34,015 nucleotides of DNA, from positions 1-34,015 of the forward strand of contig JACZSH010000002.1 of assembly GCA_022574315.1 (NCBI GenBank), given 5' to 3'. Position 1 is the first letter of the stretch, and every line of letters starts with the position of its first letter. This DNA comes from Chloroflexota bacterium (GTDB taxonomy: Bacteria; Chloroflexota; Dehalococcoidia; Dehalococcoidales; RBG-16-60-22). A program made the translations under genes and the position numbers. Positions 29,425 through 34,015 of the stretch are shown in pieces. Below the pieces are notes generated by a model. It was given only the letters and a program-made list of their open reading frames with translations. It did not search any database and was not told the DNA's origin.

Positions 29425-30403
29425 TTAACCGGTTATCTCGTCTATGGCCGCGATTAGCTGGTTTTCGTCGGGCATCCAGTAGTCCTCCATGATTACACCG
29501 TAGGGGACCGGAGTGTCGGGCGCGTTGACCCTCTTTATCGGCGCATCCAGGTAGTCGAAAGCCTCATCCGCGCAGATGGCGGCCACATGCCCGGCGAAGC
29601 TCCCCGTCTCGCATTCCTCGGTGAAGATTACCAGCCGGCTGGTCTTCTTGACCGAGTCCAGGATGGTCTTCTTATCAAGGGGCACTATCGTCCGCGGGTC
29701 GATTACCTCCAGGCTGAGACCGCGTTCTTTTTGCAGTTTCTCGGCGACATTCAGCGCCTTACTTACCATGTAAGCGGTCGCCACCACGGTGATATCGGTG
29801 CCTTCCCGCTTGATTTCAGCCTCTCCGAAAGGTATGGTGTAATCCCCGTCCGGCACCATGCCTTTCGGGCTGGTCCACATCAGCATCTTGTGCTCGAAAA
29901 ACATCACCGGGTTATCGTCCCGGATGGCCGTTTTCAGCAGACCCTTGGCATCGTAGGGATTTGAAGGCAGGACGATTTTCAGCCCCGGCATGCACATCAT
30001 CATCCCCTCCAGGCTCTGGGAGTGCTGGGCGGCTGTCCGCCGGCCGGCGCCGCTGAGTGCCGTCATCACCAGGGGCACGGATATCTTGCCCCCGAACATA
30101 TAGCGCATCTTGGTCATCCCGTTCATTATCTCGTCCCAGGCTACTCCCAGGAAGTCACAGAACCTCATCTGCGGGATGGGCCTCATTCCGGTTATGGCCG
30201 AGCCGATAGCGGCTCCCAGGATGGCTGCCTCGGAGAGTGGCGTGTCCCGTACCCGGCGGGTACTTCTCGTACAGGCCCCCGATTTCCCCCATCAATCCGC
30301 CCATTACGCCCACGTCCTCTCCCAGTATGTACACCCTCTCGTCTCTCTCCATTTCCTCGTCCATCGCCTCGCCAATCGCCTGGCGAAAGTTTATCTCTCT
30401 CAT
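29425..30403 (-). pseudogene. 2-oxoacid/acetoin dehydrogenase E1 beta subunit (AcoB/PdhB-like) with interrupted reading frame
   Basis: Track ORFs 30155..30403 (82 aa) and 29425..30186 (253 aa) are the two halves of one E1-beta. MREINFRQAIGEAMDEEMERDERVYILGEDVG..GGLYEKY is read in one frame. RVRDTPLSEAAILGAAIGSAITGMRPIPQMRFCDF.. continues in the next frame with no start codon. The span is 979 nt (3n+1). The switch lies between the Tyr codon at 30260-30262 and the Arg codon at 30253-30255. Confidence 0.85.
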
Positions 30404-30412
30404 TTTCCCCTC

Positions 30413-31372
30413 CTAGGCATATACGTTGTCCAACGTTTCTTCCGGTCTCGGGAAAGGACTTTCCAGGGCGAACTTCACCGCTTCGTCCATTTCCGCCAGC
30501 GCTGCCTCGTCAATCTCTTTGGCTTTCTCTTCGGTCAGCACCTTCATTTCCAGGAGCTTTTCCTGGAAGAGTTTTATCGGGTCCCGTTTTAGCCAGGCGT
30601 CAATTTCCTCCTGGGGTCGGTAGGTGCCGGCATCTCCTTCGAAGTGGCCGTGGTAGCGGTAGGTTTTGGCCTCGATTAAAGTCGGTCCCCCGCCGTTCCT
30701 GGCTCTGGCCACCGCCTCCCCCATCACCTCGTGTACCGCCATCACGTCCTGTCCGTCCACCACCACCCCGGGAATTCCGTAGCCCGCCGCCCGGTCGGCA
30801 ATGTCGTGTATCGCCAGCGAGCAGCTCGTCGGCACCGATACCGCCCACAGGTTGTTTTCACAGATGAAAATTACCGGCAGACACCAGACCGCCGCCAGGT
30901 TGATGCCTTCGTGGAATCGCCCGATGTTGGAGGCGCCGTCGCCGAAGAAGCAGGCGGTTACCTGGTCGGTGCCTCTCATTACTGCGGAAAGGCCGGCCCC
31001 GGTGGCCACCGGTATCCCTGACCCCACGATACCCGCCGCTCCCAGCATGCCGATGTCCAGGTCGGCGATGTGCATTGAGCCGCCCTTGCCCAGGCAGTAG
31101 CCGGTTTTTTTAGCGAAAAGCTCGGCCATGGCCCGTTTCGGGTCACCGCCCTTGGCAAGCAGGTGCCCGTGTCCGCGGTGGTTACTGACGATGTAGTCTT
31201 CCGTCCTCAGATGCGCCAGCGCCCCCGAAGCGATTGCCTCTTCGCCAATGTAGACGTGGACGCTGCCGGGAATGTTTCCCGCCTTGAACTCACTGGAAAC
31301 TCTTTCTTCGAAACGGCGGATACGGACCATGGTGCGGAACATGCTGAGTAACTTCTCTTTTTCTATTGCCAT
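30413..31372 (-). CDS. TPP-dependent 2-oxoacid/acetoin dehydrogenase E1 alpha subunit (AcoA-like)
   Basis: 319 aa. YIGEEAIASGA, SNHRGHGHLLAKGGD, and the TPP motif GDGASNIGRFHEGINLAAVWCLPVIFICENN. Confidence 0.92.
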   Translation of the reverse strand: MAIEKEKLLSMFRTMVRIRRFEERVSSEFKAGNIPGSVHVYIGEEAIASGALAHLRTEDYIVSNHRGHGHLLAKGGDPKRAMAELFAKKTGYCLGKGGSMHIADLDIGMLGAAGIVGSGIPVATGAGLSAVMRGTDQVTACFFGDGASNIGRFHEGINLAAVWCLPVIFICENNLWAVSVPTSCSLAIHDIADRAAGYGIPGVVVDGQDVMAVHEVMGEAVARARNGGGPTLIEAKTYRYHGHFEGDAGTYRPQEEIDAWLKRDPIKLFQEKLLEMKVLTEEKAKEIDEAALAEMDEAVKFALESPFPRPEETLDNVYA

Positions 31373-31461
31373 TCTGTTTTTCTCTCCCGTCTTGGTAGTA
31401 CTGTCCCCGGTGCCGGTGCGGTCGGTAGCTATCTCGGTCTTGCTACGCGCCTGCCGGCCTT

Positions 31462-31884
31462 TTATGCTGACTTTTTGGCCAGGTCTTCAAGCATGATATC
31501 GGCGGCTTCTCTGGCTGACATCCCTTCTCTAATTCCCAGTTTTTTCGCCAGTTCATTGGTTGCCGATAGGCTACCCTGCTCGTAGGTGCTGGTGCCGTTG
31601 CCTATTTTGGCCGACATGGTGGACACGGCCACCGCCGGGATATCATACTTGTCCAGCGCTTTCATGCCGGCGATTCCGGCCTCATTCTTGCCGATACCGG
31701 CGTCATTGCTGACCATCCCTTTTATCTTCATATTACCCAGGTGCTCGCAGGCATTGACACCACCGTGCGAACCGGTGATGATGATATCCATATTGTTGCT
31801 TTGGTCAACCTCGGAACTGGTGTCCACGATTACGATTCGGGCCTTGCCCATTTCTTTGACGACTTTCCGTTTGTCTCCTGACAT
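31462..31884 (-). CDS. Uncharacterised small protein, paralogue A of a tandem pair
   Basis: 140 aa from ATG 31884 (SD GAGGTG, 7-nt spacer). With this start its N-terminus aligns residue-for-residue with paralogue B. The track's TTG start at 31932 adds 16 unaligned residues. Motifs: RIVIVD, TGSHGGVN, KGMVSNDAGIGKNEAGIAG, IPAVAVS, AKIGNG, KLGIREGMSAREAAD. Confidence 0.75.
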   Translation of the reverse strand: MSGDKRKVVKEMGKARIVIVDTSSEVDQSNNMDIIITGSHGGVNACEHLGNMKIKGMVSNDAGIGKNEAGIAGMKALDKYDIPAVAVSTMSAKIGNGTSTYEQGSLSATNELAKKLGIREGMSAREAADIMLEDLAKKSA

Positions 31885-31928
31885 CTGCTCGTCACCTCTT
31901 TCTGAATCTGCGCCGGTGCCTTTTTTGC

Positions 31929-32336
31929 TCAACTGTTCTCAAACATTCGGTCGGCCGCTTCCCTGGCCGGCATCCCTTCCCTGATTCCCAGTTTCCGGGC
32001 TGCCTCGTTGGCTACCGAGATTACGCCGCTGTAATAGGTGTCCACCCCGACGCCGATTTCAGCCGACAGGCGGGATACCGCCGCCGCCGGGATACCGTGT
32101 TCGTCCATCAGTTTCAGGGCGGCGATTCCGGCGTCCTCAAGCCCTCCGCCGGCGTCATTGCCAATCATTCCTTTTACCCCGGCGGCAATCATCATCTGCC
32201 CCACGTTGATGCCGCAGTGGGAAGCGTCCACCACCACGTCATTCTTGTTTTCTCCGGTCAGTGACGTCGCCGAATCGGCAATGATTATCCGGGACTTTTC
32301 TGATTCTCTGACTATTTTGTGTATCTCGTGAATCAA
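31929..32336 (-). CDS. Uncharacterised small protein, paralogue B of a tandem pair
   Basis: 135 aa. TTG start (32334-32336) 5 nt after AAAGGGGGGA. Motifs: RIIIAD, DASHCGIN, KGMIGNDAGGGLEDAGIAA, IPAAAVS, AEIGVG, KLGIREGMPAREAAD. Confidence 0.75.
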   Translation of the reverse strand: MIHEIHKIVRESEKSRIIIADSATSLTGENKNDVVVDASHCGINVGQMMIAAGVKGMIGNDAGGGLEDAGIAALKLMDEHGIPAAAVSRLSAEIGVGVDTYYSGVISVANEAARKLGIREGMPAREAADRMFENS

Positions 32337-32452
32337 GGCTGTCCCCCCTTTAACGTAATTATTAAACGTAATTTTATTATACTACTTTATTGGCGTGGCG
32401 GGATAACCGGAAAATTGCTGGAACCAGGCTGCCTACGCTCCATGGCCGACTC

Positions 32453-32500
32453 AAAAATAAGGGAAGTGAACCACGGATTTCAACCGTCATGTTCACTTCC
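32453..32500 (-). terminator. Intrinsic-terminator-like hairpin in the spacer upstream of the accessory operon
   Basis: Minus strand reads GGAAGTGAAC (32491-32500), a 19-nt loop, GTTCACTTCC (32462-32471), then CTTATTTTTGA. The 10-bp stem is perfect and the loop can add an inner ACGG/CCGT stem. Confidence 0.55.
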
Positions 32501-32609
32501 TTTCGTTATCTATACGGGCACGCTTAGAAAAACTTGGTACCATTAATATCGGCCGGTCGGGAAAGAATTATCGCTTGCCGGCAACACTTTCCCCAGAATA
32601 TCCCTGCGC

Positions 32610-32639
32610 ATATTACCTAACGCTCGCCCGCCTTGTCAA
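32610..32639 (-). promoter_or_regulatory. Sigma70-type promoter candidate upstream of the accessory operon leader
   Basis: Minus strand reads TTGACA (32634-32639), an 18-nt spacer, then TAATAT (32610-32615). It lies 55 nt past the stop of the upstream gene. A second -10-like TATAAT at 32376-32381 has only a weak -35. Confidence 0.5.
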
Positions 32640-32691
32640 GATTTTCCGCCCGGTATCCGGACAAGCTCCTGACCTGGCCGTTCCCCAAATA

Positions 32692-33762
32692 TTAAATGAA
32701 ACAGAGCATTCTTTTCGGGTTCTCCACGGTGATGGTATTGACCTGTTCCTCGGTTAAACCGGCGTCAACCAGCAAAGGCATGACGTACCGGGAAATGTGG
32801 TCGTAGCCGACTCCACCGTAGCGGGCACGCTGGTACTTGTGGCAGACATCGTGAGAGATTAGAATCTGGTCCAGGTACCCCTCGGCAATCAACGCCCGGA
32901 TTTCTTCCGCCCGCCCGCTGTCGCTGGGGATGCTGATGAAGGTACCTTTATACAGGTTTGCCGGCGCCGGTCCGGACCACCCGAAGCAGTCGTATTCGAG
33001 GTAGCAGCCGGCTTTAGCCACCTGGCAGCGCACCTTGTGGTCGCGTACGCGGATGTCGATATGGCTGATGACGGTACGGCTCAGGTCGGCGTCGGCGTTG
33101 CTCAGAATCTCCAGTATTTCCAGCACCGCTTCGTTATTCCGGCGTCCCGGGTGTATGTTTAACGGCGCGCCGGTCAGCCGTTGCGCCCGGGCGGCGGCCT
33201 GCATCGCCTTTTTTTCGTTGTCCACCAGCGGCCAGGAGCAGCCTATCTCACCGATGATTCCCGCCCGTATCCCGCTCTCGCCGACGCCGGTATTGACATC
33301 GCGCACGATTTCTTCGGTTATTTCCTCTTCTGACCTGGCGGCCATGTCCGCCGGGTGCGAGGTGGCCAGATAGTGCCCTGACCCCATGATAATGTTCAGC
33401 CCCGTGGCTCTGGAGACGCGCACCAGCGCTTCCGGGTTGCGGTGGATACCGATATTGGTGACATCGACGATTGTCCCCCCGCCCGCCTTTTTGAAGTTCA
33501 TGGCTTCGTCGATAGCTTCCGGCTCGTCCAGCAGTTCCAAGTTGTCCACGTTCTGGGAACGGTGATAGCTCAGCCAGTGCAGCAGTTCCAGGCTGACCGG
33601 CTGGTGCGCTTTTACCCGGTCATTTTCATCCTCTGGCTCGTTGTAGTTGGCCGTGGCGTGTTCCATGATGAGGTGCTCGTGGGGTAGTGTGACTCCCAGT
33701 TCTTGGCCCTCAATCGGCCCCAGTACGGTCATTGCTTTTCCGGCGAACTTTGAAACAGGCAT
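32692..33762 (-). CDS. Phosphotriesterase-family (PTE/PHP, amidohydrolase superfamily) hydrolase, possibly a lactonase
   Basis: About 356 aa. The GVTLPHEHLIMEH H-x-H metal motif sits near the N-terminus and the later blocks (GCSW, IHPG, ISHID, ISHDVCHK) are typical of the PTE family. ATG 33760-33762 is preceded by AAAGGAGGG at 9 nt. The track start 33789 would place this SD inside the coding sequence. Confidence 0.85.
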   Translation of the reverse strand: MPVSKFAGKAMTVLGPIEGQELGVTLPHEHLIMEHATANYNEPEDENDRVKAHQPVSLELLHWLSYHRSQNVDNLELLDEPEAIDEAMNFKKAGGGTIVDVTNIGIHRNPEALVRVSRATGLNIIMGSGHYLATSHPADMAARSEEEITEEIVRDVNTGVGESGIRAGIIGEIGCSWPLVDNEKKAMQAAARAQRLTGAPLNIHPGRRNNEAVLEILEILSNADADLSRTVISHIDIRVRDHKVRCQVAKAGCYLEYDCFGWSGPAPANLYKGTFISIPSDSGRAEEIRALIAEGYLDQILISHDVCHKYQRARYGGVGYDHISRYVMPLLVDAGLTEEQVNTITVENPKRMLCFI

Positions 33763-33807
33763 CTTCTGTGACCCTCCTTTTCCGGACATCGTCCGGCGGT
33801 AACTTGA

Positions 33808-34015
33808 TTATTCGTCCCAGTCGTTCAGAGCCGTAATCGCCTCGCGGAGGACTTTTACCGACTGTTCGGCGGTGTTGACGTCCAGTACCTCGTACGGCGA
33901 ATGGCTGTACCTTCTCGCCATCAGCAGGTAAATGGAGTCCATTTCCGGGTTTATCTCGTAGGCCATGTGGGTGTCGTTAAAGGTTCCCGTGGCGGTGCAG
34001 ACGCCGAAGGGTATA
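33808..34015 (-). CDS. 3' end of an M42-family (glutamyl aminopeptidase / TET-like) metallopeptidase gene, truncated by the window edge
   Basis: Hand translation of the minus strand gives ..IPFGVCTATGTFNDTHMAYEINPEMDSIYLLMARRYSHSPYEVLDVNTAEQSVKVLREAITALNDWDE* (TAA at 33808-33810). The R-Y-x-H-S-P-x-E-V-x-D block resembles the conserved M42 C-terminal metal-site motif. This is a partial sequence, recognised from memory only. Confidence 0.45.
   Translation of the reverse strand, partial: IPFGVCTATGTFNDTHMAYEINPEMDSIYLLMARRYSHSPYEVLDVNTAEQSVKVLREAITALNDWDE

Noticed and set aside
30249-30263. Programmed ribosomal frameshift as the explanation for the split E1 beta
   Set aside because: No slippery heptamer, in-frame stop or SD-like stimulator of the known bacterial +1/-1 types is present. 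An indel in the CCC/GGG palindrome is the simpler explanation.
30022-30867. 281-aa plus-strand ORF rich in Pro/Arg/Ser
   Set aside because: It is antisense to the E1 alpha/beta genes. Its low-complexity composition mirrors the codon bias of the real genes. There is no start context.
32377-32490. 37-codon minus-strand ORF (MTVEIRGSLPLFLSRPWSVGSLVPAIFRLSRHANKVV) starting in the loop of the spacer hairpin
   Set aside because: Its apparent SD is one arm of the hairpin. There is no recognisable peptide family or leader-peptide codon bias. It is mentioned only as part of the leader finding.
1-34015. Search for CRISPR arrays, IS elements, integrases, toxin-antitoxin or defence-type genes, rRNA and tRNA
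   Set aside because: Apart from the in-frame rpsC repeat, I saw no spaced direct-repeat arrays, terminal inverted repeats, transposase or recombinase-like ORFs, or tRNA/rRNA signatures. All sizeable ORFs are accounted for by the annotated genes.

Overview
All supportable genes in this 34,015-nt window lie on the minus strand. (1) 131-20529 is a contiguous str-S10-spc-alpha-L13 ribosomal cluster of 37 genes: rpsL-rpsG-fusA-rpsJ...rplQ-truA-rplM-rpsI. It includes a 37-aa rpmJ that is missing from the ORF track. A near-consensus sigma70-type promoter sits upstream of rpsL and a canonical intrinsic terminator follows rpsI. tuf is absent between fusA and rpsJ. uS3 carries a ~145-aa Ala/Glu/Lys/Pro-rich tail containing a tandem repeat. 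(2) 20606-32336 is a tightly packed 13-cistron accessory operon built around an acetoin-type (Aco-like) lipoamide dehydrogenase complex. It encodes E1 alpha, E1 beta (reading frame broken), E2, E3 and an AcoX-like kinase-fold protein, plus its own lipoylation genes (lipB, lipA). It also encodes a 2-hydroxyacid dehydrogenase, a DUF2148 ferredoxin-like protein, two aldolases of different mechanistic classes, and two tandem paralogous small proteins at the promoter-proximal end that I cannot place in any characterised family. (3) 32692-34015 holds a phosphotriesterase-family hydrolase and the 3' end of an M42-type peptidase gene. A 355-nt spacer between (2) and (3) contains a near-consensus promoter followed by a strong terminator hairpin, which is either a leader/attenuator or a small RNA. 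I found no rRNA, tRNA, CRISPR array, transposase or integrase. All long plus-strand ORFs look like antisense shadows. The best candidates for something undescribed are the tandem paralogue pair, the DUF2148 and AcoX-like genes embedded in the dehydrogenase operon, and the structured leader. Taxon cannot be assigned from the sequence alone (GC roughly 55-60 % by hand counts, strong GGAGG Shine-Dalgarno sites, frequent TTG/GTG starts). All identities and GC values are eye or hand estimates, not computed.
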